A DNA stretch of 64,000 nt from Dehalococcoidia bacterium (lineage in GTDB: Bacteria; Chloroflexota; Dehalococcoidia; Lucifugimonadales; HRBIN23): contig JBKBKV010000003.1 of NCBI GenBank assembly GCA_046294495.1, positions 5,460-69,459 of the forward strand, read 5' to 3'. Every line of letters starts with the position of its first letter. Within the stretch, counting starts at the first letter, position 1. A model generated the notes under the pieces. The model made no database searches, was not told where the DNA came from, and was given only the letters and a program-made list of their open reading frames with translations. This document shows positions 8,555 to 17,914 of this stretch, one piece after another. Position numbers and translations under genes: made by a program.

Positions 8555-9994
8555 GGCGGCCAACGCCACCGCCCTGCTCGCCTCTACAGGAAACTCCAGG
8601 AGCACCTCGGTCCCTTCGCCTTCTTCGCTCATCACGCTGATACGCCCGCCGTGCTCGGTAACGATGCGGTGGCAGATGTAGAGGCCCAGGCCTGTCCCTT
8701 TGCCCGGCTCCTTGGTGGTAAAGAAAGGCTCGAAGAGGCGTGCCTGCGCCTCTTTGGGGATGCCCACCCCACTATCCTTCACCAACGCCTTCACCTTGTC
8801 TCCTTCAGCCCAGCACCGTATCAGGATGGTGCCCCCGTGGGGCATGGCATCCCGTGCGTTCAGTAGCAGGTTGATGAACACTTGCTGGAGGTTGTTGGCC
8901 ACCCCCTGGATGGGTGGCACCTCCTTATATTCTTTGTAGACCTCTACGCCCTGCTGGGTTACTTCTTTCCCCACCAGGTCCAGGGCTACCTCAATTACCT
9001 CTGGGAGGTGCACCGGCTCGGGGGTGCCCTGGGTCCGTGCGAAGGTCAACAGTTCCCGAATAATTTGGGAGGCGCGCTGGGCCATAGTGTGAATGGTAGC
9101 CAGATATTCTTTGGCCTTCTCAGAAGCCAGGTGCCTCTCCGGAGCGCGCAGGAGCAGTTCCGCCCTGCCCTGAATGGCGAAGAGGGGGTTGGCGATTTCG
9201 TGGGCTATCCCTGCCGCCAGAGTGCCCACCGACGCCATCTTGGCCGACTGGACCAGTTGGGCTTGGGTGGCCTTCAGTTCCTGCATCTGGGCCTGGAGTT
9301 GCTGGGCCAGGCGGATGTTGGTGCGTGCCTCCTGGACGCTGCGGCTCAGAGCCAGGTAGGTGAGGGCCAAAGGCACCGCCAGGAGGGCAATGGCCCACCA
9401 CGCCTGCTGCAGCAGAGTAGCCCCCAGGAACCCCAGCACCAGGCTCCCTACCTCTTGCAGGCTGTCTAGCACCCAGGTCTTCCGCCAGGTCATCCAGAAG
9501 GAAGGCCCCTTGCGCAGGGAGACCATGCCCCACATCAACAGCAGGTTGGCACCATAGAGGAGGCCTCCTGCCAGGAAGGCTATCCCCATTGCGGTCGGTC
9601 GCAAGAGGTTAGGGGTGCCCGAAGGGGTAAGGCTCCGAAAGGTCAGCGCACCTAGCCCCACCGCCAGGCTCGTCATTCCCACATTGAAGACGACGACCAG
9701 AGGGCGCCTGCGGAGCCAGGCGTTGGCAGCCAGCGAGCCTGCTGCTCCTGCCAAAACCGCCTGGAGGGGCGGGAGCGAGAGGAGTCCTATAAAGAGGGGC
9801 GCCGCCCCCAGGGAGGCGCTGGCCTGGGGCGATAACTTGAGGGGGAAGACCAGAGCCGCGGCTACGAGGAAGGCTATGGCCGCGGTTACCGTCCCTTGCG
9901 CAGCACCCCATTCACCAGGCCATAGTATCTGGCCTGCTCCGGCGGCAATCCCTCCCAGGATGAAGATACCCAGCACATACCAGCGAGGTTTCAA
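8543..9994 (-). CDS. Sensor histidine kinase with polytopic N-terminal membrane domain
   Basis: 483 aa. About 6-7 predicted TM helices, then H-box [11 protein letters not shown]-box LLLNARDAM, and G-boxes DSGVGIP and [11 protein letters not shown] start. The 3' end overlaps the response-regulator gene by 12 nt, convergently. Confidence 0.9.
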   Translation of the reverse strand: MKPRWYVLGIFILGGIAAGAGQILWPGEWGAAQGTVTAAIAFLVAAALVFPLKLSPQASASLGAAPLFIGLLSLPPLQAVLAGAAGSLAANAWLRRRPLVVVFNVGMTSLAVGLGALTFRSLTPSGTPNLLRPTAMGIAFLAGGLLYGANLLLMWGMVSLRKGPSFWMTWRKTWVLDSLQEVGSLVLGFLGATLLQQAWWAIALLAVPLALTYLALSRSVQEARTNIRLAQQLQAQMQELKATQAQLVQSAKMASVGTLAAGIAHEIANPLFAIQGRAELLLRAPERHLASEKAKEYLATIHTMAQRASQIIRELLTFARTQGTPEPVHLPEVIEVALDLVGKEVTQQGVEVYKEYKEVPPIQGVANNLQQVFINLLLNARDAMPHGGTILIRCWAEGDKVKALVKDSGVGIPKEAQARLFEPFFTTKEPGKGTGLGLYICHRIVTEHGGRISVMSEEGEGTEVLLEFPVEASRAVALAASHG

Positions 9995-10065
9995 CTTATG
10001 GCCTCTCCGTTGCCCTCTCCATCAGGTCGCCAGAAGCCCGGCAGGCCTTCACAGGCAGGCCTGCA

Positions 10066-10542
10066 CTAGCGAACGGTAACCTCACCCTCGACCCAAGAGT
10101 TAGAGGTGCCCTCTGGTGCGGTTACCAACGAACCGTCCAGTGAGATGGGGACGCGCACCGGGAAGTCGGTGTTGGACCTCACCAGCACACGCACCTCTAC
10201 CTCCTTACCCCCACCCCTTTTCTCTGACACTGTGGTGTGGGTTGTAAGGGTCTGGCAGGGGAAGTCGCCGCTGGACTCCTCTACGACCAGGGCCTTCAAG
10301 CCCTTGGGGGCCTGCACCTCCACCAGAATAGGCCCCTGGATGGAGCAGGTAAATGGCCGAGGCCATTCAACCCGAACAGAGAGGATATGCCCACCACGCA
10401 GACTAATCAGGGGGTCAACATCGTCCCATTCTATCCAGCCGCTGGCGATAGCCGGCACCAAGAGCCAACCCAGCACCGCCACAAGGACGGCCGGGAAGGT
10501 CCATCTCCGCAGGGGCTTCCACGCCCGCGTCCCGTTGTGCAT
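10066..10542 (-). CDS. Hypothetical membrane-anchored protein, last gene of the pilus gene string
   Basis: 158 aa. N-terminal TM helix (FPAVLVAVLGWLLVPAIA) followed by a beta-rich region. No recognisable motif. Confidence 0.5.
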   Translation of the reverse strand: MHNGTRAWKPLRRWTFPAVLVAVLGWLLVPAIASGWIEWDDVDPLISLRGGHILSVRVEWPRPFTCSIQGPILVEVQAPKGLKALVVEESSGDFPCQTLTTHTTVSEKRGGGKEVEVRVLVRSNTDFPVRVPISLDGSLVTAPEGTSNSWVEGEVTVR

Positions 10543-10916
10543 GTCTCCTCCTCTTGGCGAATTTTAGGGCCTATAGGCACCGGCGTCCTCGGCATGCCTG
10601 GCCCCACTGTAGAGTGCGCAAGGTGTGTAAAAGGTGTGGAGGTGGTAAGAAAACGGTAGTCCCACATTGACGGCATAGCATGGGAGGTGTCAGGGCACTC
10701 CTGGTTTCGGGCAGATATAGGCGCAGGGACCGCCTGCCCTTTACCCCTTTCCTTTTTTCCTTTCCACCGGGGCAATGCTAGCCCCGGTGTGGGGGGATGC
10801 GTTGCTCCGCTGGGCTACTGCCCACCTGTGGGCGCTGTAACACCTTTGCGCCACGCAGGTGGGCAGGGCTGCGCCATAGATCCCCCAGGGAGGCCGCGGG
10901 CACACATCAGCACCCG

Positions 10917-11318
10917 CTACGGACAGGTCTGTGCACTGGTGTATTGCGCAGTTACCTTTCCGGTGGCGTCCCAGCAGTAGTAATACTTGGTGGGGTTCGC
11001 TCGGAGGTAGTTGGAGAGGGCGGTGCTGGTGCCGTCGGGCAAGGCGGTGAAGTCGTTCACTGCGGTATTAGGGGCCGCGCGGGCTGTAACGCTGGTAATG
11101 GCCTTATCGGCCATCATACTGTCCATTGCCGCCTGGACATTTTGCATCTCGGCCGCTTTTGCCCCCTCCTCGCCCTTGCTGGCGAACTTGGTTACCGCCG
11201 GAATAACGGCGGCGGCCAGGCCCACAATGATGCCTACCACCACCAGTAGTTCCACAAGGGTAAACCCCGCTTGCTGGTGGCACAGGCGTGCAAGCAGTTT
11301 TGCTCCGTATCTCCTCAT
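10917..11318 (-). CDS. Type IV pilin / pseudopilin (prepilin-type N-terminal cleavage/methylation domain)
   Basis: 133 aa. Class III signal ...HQQAG|FTLVELLVVVGIIVGLAA with F+1 and E+5. GGAGGAGG Shine-Dalgarno. Confidence 0.85.
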   Translation of the reverse strand: MRRYGAKLLARLCHQQAGFTLVELLVVVGIIVGLAAAVIPAVTKFASKGEEGAKAAEMQNVQAAMDSMMADKAITSVTARAAPNTAVNDFTALPDGTSTALSNYLRANPTKYYYCWDATGKVTAQYTSAQTCP

Positions 11319-11446
11319 GGCCTACACCTCCTCCAGTAGGTTTGTATGCATTACCATATCCCATCTTCAGGGTAGGGTGCCCACGCCCACCCTCCATCGT
11401 CCTTTTGGCGCAGGAAGCATTGGACTTTTGTCCACTGCCATCTGCG

Positions 11447-13006
11447 TTACTTGTGCTCCTGGGAGGTGCCCACCAGGGCCTTTATCTGAAAGGCGATCAT
11501 CCCCTGCTCCCCCCCGCTTCCAGACGCGTCCATCCGCAGGAGACGCACATCCTGGAAAAGGCCGGAGAGGCGCAGTCCCGTTGCGTAGCGGATGGCCGCT
11601 TCATAGGTGGTGGCCGTCCCGGCCAGGGAAAAAACCTCGCTCTGCAGGCTTACGCCCGACACTTGCACCCCCGCCTCCAGGGCAGTGTTGGTGATGGCCT
11701 CCAGGCGAGCCAGGAGGGCTTCCCGCTCCTGGCGAAGGGTGCGCAGGAGGGATTGGACGGCCGAAGTCTGTTGCTCCAGGCCCCTGGCCTGGCGTTCCAG
11801 GGTGGCTGCCTGGGCTGCGGTGAGGCGCAGGAGACGGTGGCGGGCCTGTATCTCACCCACAAGGGACGACAGGCGCGCCTTCTCCTCCCCAACCCTTGCC
11901 ACTTGGCCTGTGACCCACAGGGCAGATACCCCCAGCGCGAGCAGGGCTGTGATGGCAAGGGCAGAGGTGAGGGGGAATGGCCGGGGACGGTAGCGCGCAG
12001 GGAGCATATTGGGAACCAGGGCACCTGCTCTCCCCAGGTGGTTAGCCGATACAGCCCTATGGGCCAAAGCCAAGCCCAGGTTGACGGCATAGGCGGCGGT
12101 TGGGAAGTCGGCGGGATGGAATGCCGGCACAGCCAGGGTCTGAAGGGGATACTTCAGGAGCCGTTGCAGGGCTGGGGTGAGCCAGGCCCCTCGCTCCGGG
12201 TTACCCACGAGGACGACAGGCAAAGGCTTTCCCTCCTTGCATCCGCTATTTCCCCGCACATAGGCTTGGGCCTGCTTCACAGCGTCGGCAATCAGGATAG
12301 CCTCCCTATGGCTATCAAAGCCGTCTCCGGGCAAGGGCAACCGATAGACCACCTTAGGCATCCATCCCACGACCGGGACGATGGCGGTGTCCTGCTCACC
12401 CAGGTAAACTACCAAGCCCTGGCCTACAAGGGCAGCCAGGGCCACCTCTTTGGGGTAAAGGGCCTTGGGGTGCACACCCGCTTTCTGGAGGCGATGCATA
12501 TGGCTATCCAAGGCCTCCCTGGACGCTACTGCGGCCAATATGCTCTCGCCCGTGCCGTTGCCCACCGGCCTCCACGCCAGGTCCATCTCCCCCAACCTAA
12601 ATGGGAAGGCCTCCTGGGCCTCCGTCTGCACGATCTGTGCAAGGTGGCGTGCTGGCACCTTTGGAAGGGCCATAACCCTGGTCAAGGCGGTGCCCAGGGG
12701 CATGTCGCTGACGATGCGCCCCTTGCGCACTCCCATCTCCCGCAGGAGAGAGCGCACAGTATGGGGGCCCTCCCCCAGACGCACCGTCCCCCAGCGCACC
12801 ACCTCGCCCCCCTTGAATATCACCACCCGGACCGTGTCGCCATCCACGGCGAGGGTAACGGTGGTGCGCCCCACGAGGCGGCATACCAAGCGGTTCATCC
12901 TACGCCAGGTGGAGCGCGCGGCGCGAAAGGCCTGCCTGGCCAGGACGCTGCCCGCCTTTCGGATGGATGTTGGCACGGATGCCCACGACCTTCCCGGCCT
13001 GGCCAT
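11447..13006 (-). CDS. Fused PilM-like (actin-fold) / PilN-like pilus assembly protein
   Basis: 519 aa. The N-terminal ~340 aa resemble PilM (TVTLAVDGDTVRVVIFKGGEV...). A TM helix follows (LTSALAITALLALGVSALWV), then a coiled coil and a C-terminal alpha/beta region as in PilN. Call rests on gene position and architecture. No HMM was run. Confidence 0.7.
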   Translation of the reverse strand: MARPGRSWASVPTSIRKAGSVLARQAFRAARSTWRRMNRLVCRLVGRTTVTLAVDGDTVRVVIFKGGEVVRWGTVRLGEGPHTVRSLLREMGVRKGRIVSDMPLGTALTRVMALPKVPARHLAQIVQTEAQEAFPFRLGEMDLAWRPVGNGTGESILAAVASREALDSHMHRLQKAGVHPKALYPKEVALAALVGQGLVVYLGEQDTAIVPVVGWMPKVVYRLPLPGDGFDSHREAILIADAVKQAQAYVRGNSGCKEGKPLPVVLVGNPERGAWLTPALQRLLKYPLQTLAVPAFHPADFPTAAYAVNLGLALAHRAVSANHLGRAGALVPNMLPARYRPRPFPLTSALAITALLALGVSALWVTGQVARVGEEKARLSSLVGEIQARHRLLRLTAAQAATLERQARGLEQQTSAVQSLLRTLRQEREALLARLEAITNTALEAGVQVSGVSLQSEVFSLAGTATTYEAAIRYATGLRLSGLFQDVRLLRMDASGSGGEQGMIAFQIKALVGTSQEHK

Positions 13007-13593
13007 TACCTGCCTCCCTTGCCCTGCGTAGGCTGTGGCGATAGGTAGACCATTAGTTGCAAATGTGCTGCCGGGGACTGGGCGATGTCGGAGAAGGAGG
13101 CGGAGACGAGAGCGGAGTTAGGGAGGTGCATACCCAGGCGGGAGAGGAAGCCCGATAGGGCCGCCGGCTCGCCTCTAAGCCCCAGGGTAACAGGCTGGGC
13201 CACATACTGAACGCCCTCTAGGCTATTGCTTTGGGTGTCGCCCAGAGCCACGGAGGTCAGGGAGACCCCCGCTTCCTTGGCTGCTGTTACCAATGCCTGC
13301 ACCAGGTCTTCAGGGGTGGCGAGAAGGAAGGGTTGGACGGCCTGCCGCCACTGGCGCTCCCTTTCTGCTACTTCCCTTGCGCGCTCTTCGGCGTTGGGGG
13401 TGTGGGGAGGGGCAACTCCCACTCCCTGACGCGCTTGGATGGCAAGGCTAGCCACCTGTTGGGAGCCACTCCACCAGCGCATCCCCAGCAGGGCGTTGTA
13501 GGCCACCAGGCCCAGGGCCACCAGGAGGGCCATGGCCGGCCACGCCCCCAGGGGGCGTAGGCGTCGCCAGAGAGGGAGAGGCCCTGCCGCCAT
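13006..13593 (-). CDS. PilO-like bitopic pilus assembly protein
   Basis: 195 aa. One TM helix (AMALLVALGLVAYNALL), a short coiled coil and a C-terminal alpha/beta domain. Lies between pilC and pilMN. Its stop overlaps the pilMN start. Confidence 0.5.
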   Translation of the reverse strand: MAAGPLPLWRRLRPLGAWPAMALLVALGLVAYNALLGMRWWSGSQQVASLAIQARQGVGVAPPHTPNAEERAREVAERERQWRQAVQPFLLATPEDLVQALVTAAKEAGVSLTSVALGDTQSNSLEGVQYVAQPVTLGLRGEPAALSGFLSRLGMHLPNSALVSASFSDIAQSPAAHLQLMVYLSPQPTQGKGGR

Positions 13594-13610
13594 AGCATTC
13601 CTTCCTTGTC

Positions 13611-14819
13611 CTATCGCAGTGTATCCAGGCCCGAGTAGATGGGCGCAAACATGGAGAAGGCGATGACGCCCACAATGGCCCCCACTGCCACAGTGGAGAG
13701 GGGTTCTAGTAGCCCTATAAGGGCGTTGAGGCGGTCCTCCAACTGCTTCTGGTAGACCTGCGAGGCGTCTCTCAGGGTGCGATGGAGGGAGTTGCTCTCT
13801 TCTCCTATCAGCACCAGTTCCACGAAGAGGGTCGGGAGGAAGGTGTGGCGCTTCAGAGAAGGGGTAAGGCCCCGCCCACCCATTAGGCCCTCCTCGGCAT
13901 TGCCAAAGGCCTGGCGTATGGCCCAGTTACGGCACCCCTCCTGGCCCAGGTGCAAGGCGGTGAGCATGGGCACCCCCGCCTCCAACAGCATGGCTACCGT
14001 TCGGGAGAAGCGGGAGAGTTCTCCTGCCATTACCAGGGTGCCTATCACGGGGAGACGGAGCATGGCCCGGTCCAGCCTGTAGCGCCCCCAACGGGTGCGG
14101 CGGACCGCCATTAGCGCGGTGGGGAGGGCGAGCGCCCCCAGGAAAAAGGGCAGGAAGTTGTTCCTTATGCCTCCCACCAGAGCCAGGGTGAGGCGTGTGG
14201 CAAGGGGAAGGTTTGCCCCCATCTGCTCAAACACCTTCAGCAGAGGGGGGAGGGCAACGGTTACCAGCACTCCTAGGGTAAGCATGGAAAGGCCCATAAT
14301 GGCCAGCGGGTAGGTCAAGGCGCGCACCACCTTCTGCCTGGCCTCGTGTTCCTTCTCCAGGATGTCGGCCATATGCTCCAGGGCGGGGGCGAGGCGGCCG
14401 GTATGCTCGCCAGCCCGCACTACACTCACAAAGAGTGGGCTGAATACCTGGGGGTGTTGGGCCAGGGCTGTGGAGAGGCTCCCCCCGGCATCCAGCGTTT
14501 TGGCGATGGCCGAAAGGGTGCGGCGGAAGCGGGGGTTGCGTGCCTCTTCCTGCAAGAGTGCCAGTATCCGAAGCAGGCTTCCCCCGCTGGCCAGCATGGC
14601 GGCCAGTTGCCGGGCGAAGCGCACCAGTTCCGGCGTCTTCACCTGGAAGAGGGTGGGGAAGAGGTCTTCCAGGGGAGGGAGGCGCCGCGCCGGTGCAATG
14701 CGCAGGGGTTTATAGCCCTGTTGGAGCACGAGGCCGCGAGCCTCGGCTATATCCTGGGCCTCCACCTGGCCCCTCACTATCCCTGAGTGTCTGCTGTAAG
14801 CCTCGTAGCGGAAGTGCAT
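13611..14819 (-). CDS. pilC: Type II secretion system F family platform protein (PilC)
   Basis: 402 aa. Duplicated GspF architecture, with the soluble repeats (LAAMLASGGSLLRIL, and LLEAGVPMLTALHL in the second repeat) flanked by TM segments. Immediately downstream of the ATPase. Confidence 0.9.
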   Translation of the reverse strand: MHFRYEAYSRHSGIVRGQVEAQDIAEARGLVLQQGYKPLRIAPARRLPPLEDLFPTLFQVKTPELVRFARQLAAMLASGGSLLRILALLQEEARNPRFRRTLSAIAKTLDAGGSLSTALAQHPQVFSPLFVSVVRAGEHTGRLAPALEHMADILEKEHEARQKVVRALTYPLAIMGLSMLTLGVLVTVALPPLLKVFEQMGANLPLATRLTLALVGGIRNNFLPFFLGALALPTALMAVRRTRWGRYRLDRAMLRLPVIGTLVMAGELSRFSRTVAMLLEAGVPMLTALHLGQEGCRNWAIRQAFGNAEEGLMGGRGLTPSLKRHTFLPTLFVELVLIGEESNSLHRTLRDASQVYQKQLEDRLNALIGLLEPLSTVAVGAIVGVIAFSMFAPIYSGLDTLR

Positions 14820-14822
14820 GGC

Positions 14823-16655
14823 CTAATCCAGGTTTGCCAGCACGCGCATCACCTCATAGGGTGTGGTGATGCCCTGCTTCACTTTGAGCATGCCCTCCCG
14901 GCGCAGGGGGACCATTCCCTCCTGCAGGGCCTGCTCCCAGAGGCTGGAGCGAGGCTCGTCGGCCAGGAAGCGCTGACGCAACCCGTCAGACATAACCAAC
15001 ACCTCAAACACCCCTGTGCGCCCCCGGTAGCCTGTATGGGCACAAAGGTTACAGCCGGAACCGTAGAAGAACTCCCGCCTCTTTTCCCCCACCTCGGCGG
15101 CATAGGCCTGCTGTTCGGCCAGGGGGCGTGGAATAAGGGTCTTGCACCCGTTACACACCACCCTAACCATACGCTGGGCAGCAATCCCGGCCACCGCTGA
15201 AGCGATAAGGTAGGGGGCTACACCAAGGTCGCGCAGGCGCAGGAGGGCCGAGACTGAATCGTTGGCGTGCAGAGAGGTGAGCACCAGATGGCCCGTCAGG
15301 GCCGCCTGGGTGGCGATGACCGCCGTCTCCTGGTCTCGGATTTCCCCTACCATAATGACATTGGGGTCAAGGCGCAGGATGCTCCGCAGTTGGGTGGCAA
15401 AGGTTATGCCAGCCTCTGGATGCACCTGCATCTGGTTGACCCCGCTGATTCGGTATTCCACCGGGTCTTCAATGGAGATGACATTCTGCTCTCGCCGCTC
15501 CATGTGCAAGATGGAGGCGTAGAGGGTGGTGCTCTTGCCGGCGCCGGTGGGGCCGCAGACGATGAGCATGCCATAGGGGAGTCGCAGGAGACGGCGGTAG
15601 CGCTCCAGGGCGTGTGGGCTCATGCCCAACTGGTCCAGTCCCAGCAGGGTAAAGCGCTTGTCCAGCAGGCGGAGCACCGCCATCTCCCCCAGCACCGTGT
15701 TGCTCACCGCCACCCGCACATCTACCCTCTGGTTCTGCCCTTCAAAGGTGAAGTGGCCGTCCTGGGGGCGTCGCCGTTCGGCAATGTTCATGCCCGACAT
15801 CACCTTCAGACGAGAAAGGAGGCTGGGGTGCAGGTCCAGAGGGAGAGGCATCACATCGTGCAGGATGCCATCTATGCGGAAGCGAATGCGCACTGCGTCC
15901 TCCCCAGGCACAATGTGGATGTCCGAAGCGCGGTCTTGCAGGGCCTTCTGCACCAGCATGTCAATAACCTGGGCTGGGGAGGCCACAGGATACCCGCGCG
16001 CCCCGCGGGGAGGTGCTGTCCCCTCCTTGCCGGCCGCCTGCACCTCTTGGGCGCGGCGGTAGGCGATGTCTATATGCTCCTGGATATCCTCGGGAGTAGC
16101 CACCACAGGCTCAACGGCACACCCGCTCCGCACGCTGATGTCTTGGAGTGCCTGGAGGTCTGTGGGGTCGGGAACGGCAACGGTGAGGAGGCTACCCCTC
16201 TTCTCCAGGGGGAGGGCCACATAGCGCCTGGCCACCTCCTCCGGGAGAAGGGCCACCGCCTCAGGCTCAATGCCCTGGGAGCGCAAGTCTAGCATGGTAA
16301 CCCCCAGGTAGACCGCCGTGAGGATGGCCAGGTCGCGGGAGAATACGAGCCCATCCCGCACCAGAACTCGCCATAGGGGGCGCCCCTCCCGCTTAGCCGT
16401 CTCCTGCGCCTTGTCCACTTGCTCCGGGGCCAGCAGGCCGGCGTCTATAAGCATATCCGCCAAGGTGAGGGGCTGAGGGGCAGGGGGCGTTACAGGGGTG
16501 TCGCCATCAGGGTCAGGTGGGCCTTGCACCCCATCCACGCCGGGTGCGGGGAAAGGCCCCTGGCCCGGCCTTTCATCCAGGGCGCGTGCAGTGGGCAGGG
16601 AGGTTTCACGGCTTTCCCGCCTCCCGTTGGTGGGAGAGTCTCTGGGCACGGTCAT
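14823..16655 (-). CDS. pilB: Type IV pilus assembly ATPase (GspE/PilB family) with disordered N-terminus and MshEN-like domain
   Basis: Track ORF starts at 16775 and would overlap the upstream gene by 55 nt. I prefer ATG 16655 (MTVPRD...). Contains Walker A GPTGAGKSTTL, GEIRD, and the tetracysteine CNGC...CNLC. Confidence 0.9.
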   Translation of the reverse strand: MTVPRDSPTNGRRESRETSLPTARALDERPGQGPFPAPGVDGVQGPPDPDGDTPVTPPAPQPLTLADMLIDAGLLAPEQVDKAQETAKREGRPLWRVLVRDGLVFSRDLAILTAVYLGVTMLDLRSQGIEPEAVALLPEEVARRYVALPLEKRGSLLTVAVPDPTDLQALQDISVRSGCAVEPVVATPEDIQEHIDIAYRRAQEVQAAGKEGTAPPRGARGYPVASPAQVIDMLVQKALQDRASDIHIVPGEDAVRIRFRIDGILHDVMPLPLDLHPSLLSRLKVMSGMNIAERRRPQDGHFTFEGQNQRVDVRVAVSNTVLGEMAVLRLLDKRFTLLGLDQLGMSPHALERYRRLLRLPYGMLIVCGPTGAGKSTTLYASILHMERREQNVISIEDPVEYRISGVNQMQVHPEAGITFATQLRSILRLDPNVIMVGEIRDQETAVIATQAALTGHLVLTSLHANDSVSALLRLRDLGVAPYLIASAVAGIAAQRMVRVVCNGCKTLIPRPLAEQQAYAAEVGEKRREFFYGSGCNLCAHTGYRGRTGVFEVLVMSDGLRQRFLADEPRSSLWEQALQEGMVPLRREGMLKVKQGITTPYEVMRVLANLD

Positions 16656-16720
16656 TTGCCTTCTCGCTGGGTGAGCAAGGTGGGCTAGCCCCAGGGGTGC
16701 TCCATGGGGGTGTCTTCCCC

Positions 16721-17392
16721 TTACGCGGCCGCCAAGCCTCTTTCCGCCTCCCTGCCCAAGCACACCTCCAGGCAAGACCCTTGCGCCTGGGCAAGGTCAG
16801 CCAGGGGTTGGGCATGGTTTACCCCTGTCATCTGCCGAAGGAGGGCCAGCAGGGGGAGAGGTTCCCGCAGAGTCAGCCACAGGTTGACGCTTCCGCCCAA
16901 GGGGTCGCTAACCAGGCGCACCAGGCGCACCTCGGGGCGCTGGCAAAGGGCGCGAACAAAGTGCACCACACCCCGCGCATCCCGGTTGGCGCGTATGCGC
17001 ACTTGGACAGCACCTTCGTATAGGTGCTCCTGGGCAGCAGGAGGGGCCTTCTCCTCTTGCCTTGTGGAGGGGCCTGCCACCTCGGCATAAGGCTGACTTG
17101 GGAAGGCAGGCCCTTGCGCCAACGAGGGGAAGGGGAAAAGGACAGGAGCACTGGAGGCCGGGGGGCCTCCTTCAACGGGGACACGGAAAGGCAGCACAAG
17201 GCCCGCGGCCCCACTCGCTGTATGGGCCGAGGTGATGTCCGTGCTACCTGTGCGTCTCCCGTGCATGGGTCGGATAGCCTCCAGGGCGGCCTCCACCTGG
17301 CGGGCCACCTGCCTGGTGTAATCCTCGTAGCCCCGAGGGGCTTTTTCCCCGTCAGGAGGTAGGGTTTTCCGGTTGTTCAGAATGCTCGTCAC
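16721..17392 (-). CDS. Hypothetical protein between the LuxR-type gene and pilB
   Basis: 223 aa. The N-terminal half is P/A/G-rich and looks disordered. The C-terminal ~90 aa look folded (VQVRIRANRDARGVVHFVRALCQRPEVRLVRLVSDPLGGSVNLWLTL). No known motif. Confidence 0.5.
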   Translation of the reverse strand: MTSILNNRKTLPPDGEKAPRGYEDYTRQVARQVEAALEAIRPMHGRRTGSTDITSAHTASGAAGLVLPFRVPVEGGPPASSAPVLFPFPSLAQGPAFPSQPYAEVAGPSTRQEEKAPPAAQEHLYEGAVQVRIRANRDARGVVHFVRALCQRPEVRLVRLVSDPLGGSVNLWLTLREPLPLLALLRQMTGVNHAQPLADLAQAQGSCLEVCLGREAERGLAAA

Positions 17393-17428
17393 TGCTTCCC
17401 TCCTGGTATGCGGTAGGCTCTAGCGTTG

Positions 17429-17914
17429 TTAGATAGCCAGCCACCCAAGACGCACGGCAGTAACTACTGCGTGGGTTCGGTCGCTGGCCTGGAGTTTGGT
17501 CATAACCCAGGTGAGGTGTTGTTTCACGGTGCGCTCGGAGATGCCCAGGTGGTGGGCGATGCGTTTGTTGGAGTAGCCCTCTGCCACCAGGGCCAGCACC
17601 TGGCGCTCCCGCTGGGTCAGGGGGCGCACATCCCGGGGCAGGCGACTCGCCTGCCGAGGGCGGATCACCACCCCTCCATTGATGTGGACGATGCTCAGCG
17701 GGAAGTCCCCGGTGGAGTCTGCCGGGATAGGATAGGGCGCCGCTGGGGTGGGCTGCAGAACCTGGGGTGCCACCGACATTGCCATGCCTGGTCTCCTTCT
17801 GTTGGCCGTTGGGGGGAACCTGCTACCCCCGCCTTGCCCATAGCCTAACGCCCTCGCGGTGTGTAAAGGGTTTGGGCTTGTTGAAATCTTCATTAGCAGA
17901 CGGCCCCTGGACAT
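17429..17914 (-). CDS. LuxR/FixJ-type HTH transcriptional regulator with no receiver domain
   Basis: The C-terminal 65 aa, LTQRERQVLALVAEGYSNKRIAHHLGISERTVKQHLTWVMTKL, form a canonical LuxR_C HTH. The N-terminus is uncertain: an alternative start is MAMSVAPQ... Confidence 0.75.
   Translation of the reverse strand: MSRGRLLMKISTSPNPLHTARALGYGQGGGSRFPPTANRRRPGMAMSVAPQVLQPTPAAPYPIPADSTGDFPLSIVHINGGVVIRPRQASRLPRDVRPLTQRERQVLALVAEGYSNKRIAHHLGISERTVKQHLTWVMTKLQASDRTHAVVTAVRLGWLAI

Noticed and set aside
10746-10789. T-rich tract plus 9-bp hairpin as an intrinsic terminator.
   Set aside because: On the plus strand the T-tract precedes the hairpin. On the transcribed minus strand an A-rich tract follows the hairpin. 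Neither orientation gives the hairpin-then-U-tract arrangement of an intrinsic terminator.
11288-13048. 586-aa plus-strand ORF, the longest of several very long ORFs antisense to real genes. The others are 15267..16292 (+), 29253..30272 (+), 39176..40141 (-) and 50671..51468 (-).
   Set aside because: Each lies exactly opposite a gene with clear family motifs (pilMN, pilB, rtcB, the SBP, copA). Their translations are Gly/His/Gln/Pro/Arg-rich with no motifs. This is the expected stop-codon-poor antisense frame of a GC-rich genome.
16656-16775. N-terminal extensions produced by the longest-ORF rule. Affected genes: pilB to 16775, porA to 58290, rtcB to 30731, SDR from 6885, second CoA-transferase from 61838, lpd to 60572, etfB from 20719, csoR from 49620.
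   Set aside because: Each extension overlaps the upstream gene or a predicted promoter and lacks a Shine-Dalgarno sequence. An internal ATG or GTG preceded by a good GGAGG-type site gives the N-terminus typical of the family.
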